DNA of 63,655 bases, filler included, from Sphacelaria rigidula (Eukaryota): assembly GCA_964200075.2 (NCBI GenBank). It is 10 parts of 10 records of this genome, joined end to end, with 100 filler letters (N's around TTAATTAATTAA, not from the genome) between each part and the next. Parts side by side here need not be neighbours in the genome. Positions count along the whole stretch, not along the records: positions 38,256 to 44,530 come from CAXNAA020021064.1; positions 44,631 to 50,905 come from CAXNAA020021065.1; positions 51,006 to 57,280 come from CAXNAA020021066.1; 7 more parts are not named here. One strand, given 5' to 3'. This document shows positions 39,755 to 52,491 of the stretch, in pieces. The notes under the pieces are model-generated. The model was not told where the DNA came from. It did not search any database and saw nothing but the letters and a program-made list of their open reading frames with translations. Each line of letters starts with the position of its first letter. Position 1 is the stretch's first letter. Both the position numbers and the translations under genes were made by a program.

Positions 39755-41429
39755 ATCAATAGGTTGGTTATTGCATAAAATAGCGATCAAACTTACTTTC
39801 AACTTCGCCAATTTGTTATACTGTGGTGGATACCTCTTTGCAGTGACATATCAGAGACTGATGCCACACATGTATACAGTCCCAGCGCAAGCAGGGACAA
39901 GGTGGGAACGGTCCGGAAGGACCAGAGTACCGAGGACCCTGTAATGCCGACGTAACTAGATACCTCGGGGTGATGCCAGGAAGAGCCTAATATAGTACGG
40001 TCCAACATCCCCCAAGGTCTTGGTCGCCCCTGGCGACCACTTCCAGTCTGACCCCACTTCTTGCCTACGTATACAAGGGGAAATCATCGCCAGCCTCGGA
40101 GTTTCTTCGGCACCAGGACGGCAGTCTCCCCCCGTAGGTCTCTGACTACTCTAGCGATACGCCTCCCTCACACTGGCGACACCAGAACAGAACTCAAACA
40201 AGACAGGCCTTATTAGTGAAAACTTGGAACGAGAACCGACTGCTCCCCGACACCGGAAGCACTAGGGTCCCCCAAGGAACGCTACTCCAGGTGAAACGTA
40301 TGGGTCATGTGCTAAATTATTCCAGTTGGGAGGTTATTGGAGTCATGTGTTTGGATCAACTCGAGATTAGCCCTCTCAATGTGCATTTATATGTCACCCT
40401 CATGACCAATCAAAGAGCGAAATGTAGCGTTCAGTATGAAAGCGGTGTTTGCGGAGGCATTTACGAATTCTGACAATGCGGGACGTACGTACAGAAAAAC
40501 GGTGCGTTGTCTGTCCCTGTTCCCAGCTGCAGTGCCACTGCCAGTAGAAACGTTGGCCATCGCAGCTAGGTTGCCGCACACACACGAGTACAGATACTAT
40601 CACCAGCAACGAGTAGCATTCATCTAGCAGCGGCCGACTGGTATAAGCAGCAAAAGTAGGGAGAAGTAGGCAAGAACTAGCGCGCTTCGCAGAGGATCGA
40701 TCGTGCGGGACTGGCACACTGTCTCTAGCTGTGTGAGAGGCGATTGTCCTGGGTACCATGTACGGTTCTACGGGATCGACAACCCGTGCATCTGCGCAAC
40801 GGAATCGGAGACTGCTGGATGACTCCCTCACGGTAGGTCGAATGTCGCATCACAGGTCCACAGCTCCGGTTGCGCCAAGAAGGAAGGAGACTGTACGGTG
40901 TATAACACCCCTAAAGTGAACAGTCACGTGAAGCTTTGGGCGTATATCTATGGTTGACAGCATAACTACAGTACGAGTACTTGATTGTAGACTTGAGAAG
41001 TTTTTGACGGAAAAATATGGTTTGGAGCAGGTGGACGCAGCTCGTCCAGAACGTGGTTTTGTCGAAATCGGCGCCTGAGGCGTCGTTTTGACGTCTACCA
41101 ACGCACACTTTGCCTCGGGCGTATGCACCCCCCTTGCCCGAGGGCCTCGTACGCCTTGGGTCGGGGTTAGGGTTCGCGTTATTGTTAGTTCGTTCGATAA
41201 AAATCAACCATAGATCTACGCTTCCACCATAGCGGCATGCGCTCACCATTTTGTTTTGTTTTGCGCTTTTGATCGCGCGCGGAATTCCACAAGAATCGGC
41301 TCTTTGGATCGACGGAGGAATTCACACAACTTGGGTTGCGCCGATCAGTATAATTCACCACTTGGGAGGGTGGGAAATTTCTCAGATAGTTCGACTTGAT
41401 TCTAGCGTGCTCACGCCAGTTTTGCATGC

Positions 41430-42090
41430 AGCAGGGACCAGTTACGCCATTCATGAACGTGGGGCCAGTTACCCCATCTGTGACCATGGGGCCAGTTACC
41501 CCTTGAACGATCATGGGGCCAGTTACCCCTTGAGTGATATCATGGGGCCAGTTACCCCTTGAACGATCATGGGACCAGTTACCCCTTAAGTGATCATGGG
41601 GCCAGTTACCCCTTGAACGATCATGGGGCCAGCTACCCCTTTAGTGATCATGGGGCCAATTACCCCTTCAGTGACAGTGGGGCCAGTTACCGCTTCAACG
41701 ATCATGGGGCCAATTACCCCTTAGGTGATCATGGGGCCAGTTACCCCTTAGGTGATCATGGGGCCAGTTACCCCTTAGGTGATCATGGGGCCAGTTACCC
41801 CAGCAGCGACCGTGGGACCAATTACCACAGTAGTGAGCGTGGGGTCAGTTACTCCTTGAGTGATCGTGGGGCCAGTTACCTCTTCACTGAGCGCGGGGCC
41901 AGTTATCCCAGAAGTGAACATGGGGCTAGTTACCCCATTTCTGACTATGGGGCCTTCACTGAACATGGGGCCAGTTACCCCTCCAGTGAACCCGACAACA
42001 GGTATTCCACCAGTGATCGTAGGATCAGTTGCCACTTCAGTGAACACACGGCCAGTTACCCTTCCCGCGAACCAGGGGCCAGTTACCCCG
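41430..42090 (+). repeat. 27-bp coding tandem repeat (xxDHGASYP)
   Basis: Unit ttgaacgatcatggggccagttacccc, in frame with ORF 41559..42815. Confidence 0.92.
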
Positions 42091-44530
42091 CTGCTAATCC
42101 CTCAACGGATCAAGGAGCCAGTAGTTCCGCGTCCGGTGTCAGACAGAAAACAGGTATATCATGGGTTAGTTTTCAGTCTGGCGGATCAGCGGCGGTGCCT
42201 CCTCCTAACGGGGGAAATGAGTCGGGACAGTCTGACGCTGAACTAGTAGCACTGTGGTACTCAGAAAAAGGAGAGCTGGAAAAATCAGGTATCACAGCGA
42301 AGAAAAAAGAAGACATACCGTACAGACTCGCAAATATTTGCACGCGCATCGCAGAAAAACACGGTGGACGCATTGGGGATGTCGCGATGTCTATCGAGGG
42401 ACCGCTAGTCATGCCGCCGGTAGACCCGCACGAGATCAGGACGTATTTCGAGGAGAACAAGGGTTTCCCGCAGACAGACGAACTCGTTACTATCGTAGCC
42501 ACAGGTGTCCCCGTCGGCGCGACAGTCACTGCATCCCCCACACAAGAGAACCTCGACTGCGCACTACAGTATGGCAACCACCGTAGCGCCCACGATCAAC
42601 CACCAAAAATTCGGAAAAAACTGGGGGATGATGTACGAAGGGGAAACTGTCCGATGGTCGAAAAGTCGGCAGCCCGAAAAATCCCGAACCTGCGGTTGTC
42701 CCCCCTGGGAGCAGTAAGCACACACACACAAAGACCGCATAATCAACGATTTGTCCTTCGATGCGCAACGCACTCGGAAAAGAACAGAAGGGCTGAACGG
42801 GTACCCAAACCCTGAAGACGTGCCGGCCTGTTTATGCGGAGAAGCGCTGCAGAAGTTCCTCAAAGAACTCATTTCGCTGCGAAAAAAACAAAACAAAAAC
42901 CGTATACTAATGGCAAAGGCCGATGTATCGGATGCGTTCCGTAATGAGAGGATAGATCCAGACCACGCCCATCACTTCGGCTACGTTGTGGACAACCTAG
43001 TCGTGTGACTTCCGGCTCACGTTCGGCTGGTCAGGCTCGCCGGGTTTCTGGGGAGTACTGGTATCGGCGGCAGAACACGCGCACTGCAACACGAACATTG
43101 ACAACGCGGCTTTACTGCCAGAAGGCAAGGAGATGATAGCTCACGAAACGATGGTCGGTAGGTGGAAAACGGGGGACCCCACACCAATTCCAAAATATTC
43201 TACGACCACCCCACACCCAGCAGGAGGCTTACATGATAATTTCTTCAAGCCAGTGTACGTAGAGACTACCTGCAGATTCGCGTACAGCACTCCGATGACG
43301 ACACGAGCGCATTGATCGCGTCCGCGTCCCTCGCATCCGACCACGTCAGACTCTTCGGCAACGGAGAAGAAGGCGAGACACCTATTCTAGCCCCCCAAAA
43401 GAGTACAGATTGGGATACCGAGATAGAGGTGTTGGGCCTGACCATTAACTCGCACACTATGCGGGTTTTCGTATCCCGCGAGAAGGTCGAGGCGCTCCGA
43501 CAGACGTTGCTAACCGAGTGCCCCCTCACTCGACGTTCAGCGACTGCTAGCGAAATATTGAGCCTGGCAGGACAGCTGTGGGACCTCACATACGCAATGT
43601 GACCAGGTAAATATTTCGAATGGAGGACTCTGCGACTTGCGGGGCTTCACGATTCTAGAGCGAGAGCCAACCAGAGCCGCATAGTAGAGGTAAAACAATA
43701 ATTTCACGCCGTCCTGAACTTTTGGAAGCGGGCGATCGAGGAAAAACTCCTGCAGCACGGTGAGTCTCTGAGTGCACCCTGCTACTCCATAGTAAAGCGA
43801 TCTGCCCACCGACACTACTTCTCGGACGCAAGCTTCGAAGCCGTAGGTGGCTACTGCCCGGATAAAAGAATATACTGGCCATACGACTTACCACCGGAAC
43901 TTACCGCAGAGCTCAAAAGAAAATCTCAACTTCGCGAAACATGCACCATCACCATTAACGTCTTGGAACTCCTGGGGATGGTAGTCACCGCTTGGGTCAC
44001 GCTCGAATAGGTAAACGACGAACCCAAAAATCAGGGCGACCCGATCTTAATGCGCAGGAACAACGTAGCGGCAGTCACGTGGGTCAACTGCGGGGATGCA
44101 AAAGAAAAACGCGCAGGGTTACTCATGAGAACCCTCGGGAGGCTGGAAATCACGGGGGGGTGGAGCCACGAGGCAAAACACATTCAAGCGATCTCAAACG
44201 TACTAGCGGATGAAATTTCACGCTGGCCACGGGCGGAGCTAGCCAGACGAGCAAGGGAGCACACCAACGACAGTAACTGGTCAAAACAAGCCATCGGCCC
44301 ACGGGGGGAGAGCATCTTCCACGCCATCTTAAAAACCAAGAAGATCACCGTCCGACACGACAAAACGCTGTGGACGCGCATGATGGAACCCAGTTGGTGA
44401 TGTAATACTCGAACAACGAAACAAAAGTACCATCATCAAAAACAACCACAACCCAGGCTGTAGCCAAAATACACCAAGGCGTAGTTGATGTAGCATGTAG
44501 GATCCTGGATGATGACCAGGGGACAAGGGC
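41430..44530 (+). mobile_element. Tyrosine-recombinase (DIRS/Ngaro-type) retrotransposon, degenerate RT-RNase H, truncated by the contig end
   Basis: LRLSPLGAV, KADVSDAFRN, RLTFGWSGSPGFW, VYV(E/D), IEVLGLTINS; RNase H FSDASFEAVGG, TINVLELLG, NVAAVTW, HIQAISNVLADEISR. The true 5' end (possible gag-like region ~39800-41400) is not defined. Confidence 0.85.
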
Positions 44531-45989
44531 NNNNNNNNNNNNNNNNNNNNNNNNNNNNNNNNNNNNNNNNNNNNTTAATTAATTAANNNNNNNNNNNNNN
44601 NNNNNNNNNNNNNNNNNNNNNNNNNNNNNNCATTGTAGGGATGCGAGGTCAATGGTCTGATGACTATGGCATGCATGATCATGAGTACACCCCCCCCCCT
44701 GCCCTATCCAGAGTGAGTACCGTAGGTGGCCCGTTTATACTACCCCCGAGTGGTGAGGTTTTGGGACCCGATCTCGCATCACTCGGGGGTGGCATACAAG
44801 GGCGGCAGAGGGGCGGCGGGAATGGAGGGGAATACTCATGATTCTGCATGCAATACGTGAACGACCATTGCGGGGTGAGACGGGGGGGGACTGTACAAAG
44901 TACTCCCATACAGTTATTGAGATGCCGGTATGATGCATAAAATAGCGCAAAACTTATCCGGAATGTTCATCACTGAGGCTGTGGTATTTTACGTACGGGT
45001 GATATACACGATATTGTACGGTATATACCGTGGAATACGGCGTATATCAGCCGGGGCAACGAGAAAGTCTCGAGGTCGATCTTCCACGTGAACAAGGCCC
45101 CGCACCGTCAGAAGACTAATCCAGTTTCCCGCGGTATATCCACGAGATCTTCCCAACGACATAGTTTTCGGTTGCGTGGCTCGCCACCGTAGTTTCACGA
45201 CCAAATCGAGGGTGTCATGATTTTCTGTCATCATTCTGGGAGATATATCATGTCTAGCACTTACGAGACTGGATTTTGTTCCGAATAAACTCCAGCAAGT
45301 CCTCAAAACCCCGACATGAAATCAGTGTGATGGTATTGCTAACATTGCTGAGCCGCAATCTTCTCCCACAGCCTCTTGTTTACTTTTGCATATTGAGTGC
45401 ATGTGCTTTTCTGCGCAAGGTGTTTTCCACCTGAAGCCATGCTGCAGAGGTCATTTCCTGTAGAATGTATACCTGTACCATACGTTCTAGCTCTTCTCCG
45501 TGTATTTCCTTCCCTCTCTCGGTTTCTTCCTGTTTTTTTTTTTCCAGTGAACTCCTTTTGATTGTTGCATATTTATGTATATTGTTTTTTCTTCTTCAGC
45601 TCACGGTTCACTTTTGTTCATGTTGGGTACGCCTACTTGTCGATAATGACCACTGCTGGGTCCTTCGGGGATCACTCAATGCGCGACAATCAACGCATTT
45701 ACGACCTCCGGGGAGTTACTGCAGCTCCTGGACAATGACTACACTGGAATAGCGCGCGCGAAACGAACTGGGTACACCACAGGCAGTAAGATCTATCGAT
45801 TACCATATCTTCCCGCTCGTGCAGCGCGCGAGTACCCAAGCTACTACATCTATGCAGTGGAAAGCAAGAGTAAATCAGACATCGGAGGAGCACGAAAATC
45901 ATCACGTACGTTATAAAATGCAAATGAGAAACCATGAACTGCAGAATGACAGGAACGGGAAACCAGACACTGGAGGGTAGAAATTTCAC

Positions 45990-47096
45990 CGTGGCAAGCT
46001 AGATCTCCTTCCCCTTGTTCCCCTTCGTCCTGCTCTGCTGTTCCCCCAATCGTCTGTCCGGTCGAAGCACTCGAAACCAATGTAACCCGATTTGACGGTG
46101 CAAGCGGAACCAAGATCTGTAATCCTGAATGTACAGCAAAAAGGAAACGAACAAGCAACAAGCAACAAGCAACATGTAACCCACAAAGGTGAGAGGATGT
46201 GTCTATTAGTGATGGGTATTGTACCCGAAACATCGACACGTCTATCCCGATACATCCGGGATTTATCTCATCGTTATCGCTTGCGATCGGGCGATATCTC
46301 GGTACCATATCGTAAGTCGTATCCCATGACATATCGCGTGTATCCCACGATACATCGTGCAATATATGATATCGCACTATACATACAGTAGCCGGATGCG
46401 CACGATATAACGTGCGATACGCCAGACATTTCGCGATATATATGTGATATCACGTACCGTACGATATATCGCGAACTTCAAGATAAGATACACGCAGTTT
46501 CGGTTCACGTGTAAATACCAAGTTGGTTCTAGAGTCTGGACGTTCTGGGTGATTTTGGATGCGAATATCCCGATATTGTATCCGATATCGTGCGATATCA
46601 CGCGATACGATGTATCCGATACCGTATCCTGTTCATTCTTCGATACCCATCACCACAATAGTGTCTGTATTGGCCTGCAGTCGCACGTGTACGGGTTCCT
46701 TCGTGAACAACGAGGATTCAGTCACATCAATATACAAATACCACATTTATGTGAACCCTGGTCATGCTCTTACTTCAGCCCGTTCTTCGGGTGAGTCGTT
46801 GGTCTCAAGCGGTCAATCAAGTCTTATCTGACTCGGTACCGTACCTGCCTGAGATGTTGGCATTGGATAGCGGATCGCATCAGTAATTCCGCACCACGTC
46901 GACTCTCGCCGATTTTGCTTCGCTACCCGTGTCGTCACGCTCTCAACGATGAAAACTAGATCTTGCTCGACAACAACATTTATGTCGGAATCCCAACCCA
47001 TCATCCCCTGCTCAACTTGCCGGTGGTGGGTGTACCGGCTAGACCTCGGGGGGACGGCGGCTACTGACGAAAATATCGGACAACACTCCACGAGAG
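45990..47096 (-). CDS. Two putative host exons (47096-46845, 46124-45990), unknown protein
   Basis: tttcag/ttcag acceptors, gtacgg/gtgaaa donors, both phase 1-1 and open. No recognisable domain. Confidence 0.4.
46207..46660. mobile_element. hAT-like MITE, GATATC-rich
   Basis: TIR tagtgatgggtat ... atacccatcac[cacaa]ta; TSD gtgtctat / gtgtctgt. Confidence 0.7.
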
Positions 47097-48307
47097 CTGA
47101 AAGGTTCAACAAGCACTAGATACAAGACATTCACACGTTTGTAGGCAGGCATACGACAAAAAAATGAACGACTGACTCGAATGATTATCGTGCGGTTTTT
47201 AGTGTGCGAGTTGCTATACGTTCTACAGCAGCGCCTTCGCTTCGGCCAGTCATGTACGTCCTTCTCGGATCTTCACATGATAAAAATAGGGAAATGTGCA
47301 GACTATCCTGTGCGCGCGCCAGGAGTGGAATTCAGTATCCCTCTTCCCGCTTTAGCGATATCAGTTGTTCATAAACTACGTACACACATATCCGTTAGCC
47401 CTCCGTGGTATGCTTGTGAGGCTACACTATCTAGTTTCATGATTAAAAAAAAAAAGTGTCGATTGGTCAACACTGCGTATCTCGACCATTGCGCCGTTCC
47501 GATCCTACACCCCAAGCTTGACCTGCCTGCTGCACTGCGCTTGTGTCGCCATCTCTGGGCTCAGGCAATCAGTGTGCTCAGCAGTCAGTAGCGGGCGATG
47601 GGGGTCATTGAGTCGGAGGCCGGGTATTCCAAACGGAATACCGTTCACCCTATGGGTGCCAGATGCCCCAGAGTGAAGTCAGGTCGACCACTGGACTACT
47701 TATTGTACGTGAAAAATAACTGCGTTGGAACAACATTCACGAGTCGGGGGGGTCGGGGATTATAGAATACACGGGAACATGTTGTCATCGGACGTGGTGC
47801 ACGCGAACAGGAGGAGCTACTCAGCAATAGCATCGGTTTTACCGGCAGCGAGAACCAGCCAGGGGTACCCTGCAGAAATGAGGGCTGGAGCCGTAAGGTT
47901 TACCATAAATTCTGTTCGTGGGAACACCCAGAGGGGATAGGGCATGCGAGCGTCTTTCTGACGCGAATGAGTCTTGACTATCATTTTCCTCCCAGTCCAG
48001 CGGTCAGACTGCTGAATCATGATAATCTTCAAAATGCTGAATCATGACCCATGTTGGGCGGATGCGATGAGTTCGAGTCATGATATCCGAGGCGTTGGTT
48101 CTGGTTTCTGCCGTCCGAGAACGAGAGAAGGAGATACCGCAAAAATAATATGATTCCGTGGGAGTTGACGGGCTTCGGGATTCCTGACCTTACTGCCCGA
48201 TAATGGGGGGTAGGGTAGAATCCGAGACGGAAATGGGGTTGACGCCTCGAGAGTACGAGCTCAACTCGTCCCGACGTAGGGGGCGGGTTATTGAAGGGTG
48301 ACACAAA

Positions 48308-48343
<36 letters not shown>

Positions 48344-48385
48344 AACAACGATGATGACGACGACAATGACGACGACGACGACAGT
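48308..48385. repeat. (ACAACG)n/(GAC)n microsatellite
   Basis: Directly visible. Confidence 0.9.
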
Positions 48386-48591
48386 AACAATAAAAACATT
48401 TACAAAGTACTACGGTGCCACAGTAAGAACAGCAAGGCTGTGTTCTGTAGGGTATACCGGCTGGAATTCGGGTACTTGCGAAAGTACCAAAGAGATGTTT
48501 TGTCGGGAAATACCCTTCCGGACCATATCGGAGTGCGTGGAACATGACTCGATACATTCCAGCACCAAACCAGAAAGGTGAGTACACAATC

Positions 48592-48965
48592 CGGTGCGTG
48601 TGCGTGTGTGTGTGTGTTGTCTTCCCATTCATTCTGGGAACCAGTCTACACCTTTCGCTATATGTGGGTGCATCAGCCGGGGTCACACAGGAGGAAGGTC
48701 AACACAGGAGCTTTTTCTTTCTTCTTTTAAATTTTTTTTTTAATACCCCACCTTCCTTCTGCGGTGCTTGCCTTTATTTTTTATCGCGAGAGGGGTTCAG
48801 CAGTTCCTTTCCCTCGTCGATCGATAGAACGAATTTTGTGTACCCACGACATGGTCGCTCTCCACTGTTGAGTGTGTGAGGAAAGATTTCAGATCGCACC
48901 GGGAATCGAACACCCCTACTCAACCATCAGAAGGTTACGAGGTTACCAACTGAGCCACCGGGGCG
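48592..48965 (-). mobile_element. tRNA-derived SINE with (CA)n tail
   Basis: Minus strand A box TGGCTCAGTTGG (48957-48946) and B box GTTCGATTCC (48911-48902). 3' body repeated at ~31700-31780. Confidence 0.8.
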
Positions 48966-49011
48966 TATGCTCTACTCGACCTGCCCTTGCAGGTTTTTTG
49001 TCTCAGGAGAA

Positions 49012-50905
49012 CGAGCTGGGCCAGCCTTCAAACGGATTTAAGCTCGAAAAGCAATATCTCATCGACACAGACGAGTTTGGCCGTGATCGGCACATCGTAT
49101 TAATCGTCCAATCAAGGGGAAGGTGCCCACCTGCTTCAAATTTTGGGCCGATATTTTCTCGTTGATTAAACCCCACGTCTAGTAATTCCTATACCTAAGG
49201 GAGATAGCGCCTATACTGAAATCTCTATGGAACCCTCGATCGACGCATTTAGCGGATGACAACGAATTTCGGTGTGGACATTCTCTGGAGCAAGGGGAGA
49301 CGGCATATACCTTCACCTTCACGTAATTCGTCATCTATCCCGAGATATGGCGCACATAAGTTTCTATACTAAAATCAATATATTACGAGCAGAGGCACTA
49401 GATGCCCTGAATCTGGATATCGCGTCTCAGTGTTCGAGAGTTGTTCCATAAAATTTCGTGTGGTGAACCGCTAGTGCATAATAGAAATAAATAAAAACAG
49501 CTTGATACCTCTTCAACTTTTTCTTCATTTTTTCTTCATTTTTTTCGTGTTTTTCGTGGAGTTTTGAGGAGAAATGTACATCGCTGTTGGGGCTTATCTC
49601 AATGTTTAAGCTCAAGTTTTGGAATTTTGATCTAAAAGTTAGCATGGAGGACCACAAAAGAGTGCTGGATAGAGGGAAAAAAATGGGTCTTTTTTTGGGT
49701 TTTTTTTTTTTTTCATAGAGGTTAGGGCGTTATCGTGAAGAAATGGTCTTTACTATACCAAAACGCCCTCAATCAGTGGAAAAATGACTCAGAAAACATC
49801 TGGACCACTGAGTTTTGTTAATTATGCGTTGACGAGGGCCCACACAAAATTTCAATACACAACAACCAAACGTGGGCCGGTGAGTGGCCTGCGAAATACT
49901 GTTCCGAATTTCTACCGATCCGATTCTTAAAAAGCGAATGAGCCGGGCAATATTTAGAGTTAGACCCTGAAATTTGGTATGGACAATGCATGGAGCATAG
50001 TAAAAAATCGGGAAGAAGCACATGATTATTTTTTTTCCGTGAGTTAAAGGCAATAATCAGTTTTCAGGTTTCAGCAAAACCCCCTTAATTCACGAAAAAC
50101 AAACAAAAACCTTCATGTGCTTCTTCCCGATGATTTATTATGCCCTGTGCATTATCCATACCGAATTTCAGGGTCTAACTCCAAATATTGCCCGGCGCAT
50201 CCGCCTGCAAACTTTCATGCAGCCTCTAGGCTGGCCCAGCTTGAGCTGGCCCAGCCTTCAAACGGATTTAAGCTCGAAAAGCAATATATCATCTACGCAG
50301 ACGAGTTGGGCCGTGATCCGCATATCGTATTAATCGTCTAATCAAGGGGAAGGTGCCCATCTGCTCAAAATTTTGAGCCCATATTTTCTCGTTGATTGAA
50401 CCCCATGTCTAGTAATTCCCATACCTAAGGGAGATGGCGCCAATACCTTGCCAGTACTAGAATCTTCATGAAACTCCCGATCGATGCATTTAGCGGATGG
50501 CGACGAATTTTGGTGTGGAGAACCACAAATTAGTGCCGAATAAAAAAGAAAAGTGGGCCTTCATTTTTTATTTTAATTGAGGTTGGGGTGTTTTGATGGA
50601 AAAATGGTCTTCACTATAGTAGAACGCCCTGAAGCAGTGAAAAAATTAACAAAAAAAAACAATCGGACCCACTCTTTTTTGTTGAATATGTTTCAGAGAG
50701 CGCCCATACGAAATTTCAATACACTAAACCAAACGTGGGCCGGCGAGTGGCCTGAGAAATACTGTTCCGAATTTTTACCGACCCGGTATTTGATAGGCCC
50801 ATGCTCTCTTATACATTTAGAGACGGACCCTGAAATTTGGTATGGACAGTGCATGGGGCATACAAGAATAATTACTGGGGTACCTTTTTTTTTTTTTTTT
50901 TGATT
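49012..50905 (-). mobile_element. Two head-to-tail inverted copies of family M (49012-50243 and partial 50243-50905)
   Basis: Reverse-complement similarity to 16685-17849; junction ggcccagcttgagctggcccagcc. Confidence 0.82.
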
Positions 50906-52491
50906 NNNNNNNNNNNNNNNNNNNNNNNNNNNNNNNNNNNNNNNNNNNNTTAATTAATTAANNNNNNNNNNNNNNNNNNNNNNNNNNNNNNNNNNNNNNN
51001 NNNNNGAGCCAATCACAGGCATTTTTCACTACATAATTCACTACGAAGGTCTCATTTCATTGGCCCTAGATTCCGCCGATTCCTCACTGAAGGGCCTCTG
51101 ACTGGTTGATTTTCACATTTCACTACTAAAATCTATCCCCACGTATGGGCGTTGTGCCAAGAAGTCAGAACTGTGGATCATGTTCCTTTCGTTTTCTATG
51201 GTTTGACACCAAGACATGACAAAACTCAAACACACGAAGAACTGAATTTCCTGTGATATGGAGATGCACATCGTGACTTGTTTATCACACCAACCCCTAC
51301 TGTTAACCAGACTACGATCGACTTCGACGACTGCATTACTATAGCGACAGCTGGGCACCGTTCCAAGGGCTGTTCCTCAGGTCGGTTATCGTACAGTAGT
51401 CGTGTCGCCCGGGCAGCAGGTGCGGGAGCAAAAATAAATATTTTGGTGCGATGCCAGTGGAGCTCAGAACGCCGCCCCAGGCCTTCGCCACAGGCATTGG
51501 CAGACCATCTAAGTCACATGGTGCTCGCATGCGGTTTTGCGTGGGTCTGCAGTGCTTTTACCTAGATGCAAGTCGCGGAGACTGTAGTTTCATGCTGCTA
51601 CGTTGTGCGGAGTGCAAAACACACACACACACACACACACACTCCTTGTCTCAGCGTGTTGCTTGTACACATGTGTCACGTGAGGTCCGCCAAAGCGAAT
51701 AAAATGCACCCGAACACAATACTGGCGCTGTAGATCTATCGTGGACTCCTTGAGTTCAAAGAGAGCACATGGGTCAAAAGCCATGTTGCGGCCTTTATGG
51801 ATGCTTATTGCAAGGCGCCATGCGAGCCTCAATATGCCTGCCAGAGCCCAAACCGCAGGTACCTGAGCATCGCACATGTCCCGCAGTGCTCAGCAGAAAT
51901 AATGTTTGCTGCCAACCGCGTCGAGCAGCCGGAGATATCGTTGTCGATAACGAGAATTATGAGCAAAGTTTCGATGCCATTTGGAAAATAACAGATTCGT
52001 GTTTTCCCGCAAAATCAAGTCATTTACGGGAGATAGTATCCCAGAGTTGTGATTTCATCCTATGCTCGCATGAACATTCTGCTCCTGATCGTAAAAACCG
52101 GGGTGATCTCAAATTGTGTTCTAGCGGAAATTGAATCATCCTGTCCGGCTACGCAGCAGGATGGCGGCGATTTTCCCCTGCGGCACGCTGGGCGAAGTCT
52201 AGGCACTCCCATCAATCTTGGCATCCAAATCTTGATGGGAATTGCGGTCAAATGATTTTACGCACACTGCCAAAGCTTGACGGAATCGCCGTCTGCAACC
52301 GATGTGGCCACTTTATACGCTCCCCCCCCAATGATGCATGCCTTCCATCAGTATCATTCCTGTACATATCATACCACATTGGTTGAAGCTAAGCAGAAAC
52401 GTATCATGGTTGGTGGTGATTGACGGGTACCACACGCAGCCCCTTGGAATTTCGCGCGGTAAAAACAAACGCCGAATTACGCATCCGCGTG

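Noticed and set aside
31999..47096. One long minus-strand gene linking the exons at 47 kb, 38.8 kb and 36-32 kb
   Set aside because: The exons lie in different contigs separated by artificial spacers.
48895..48965. Functional tRNA gene
   Set aside because: A/B boxes are present but there is no convincing cloverleaf, and it is attached to a repeated body with a (CA)n tail, so it is a SINE.
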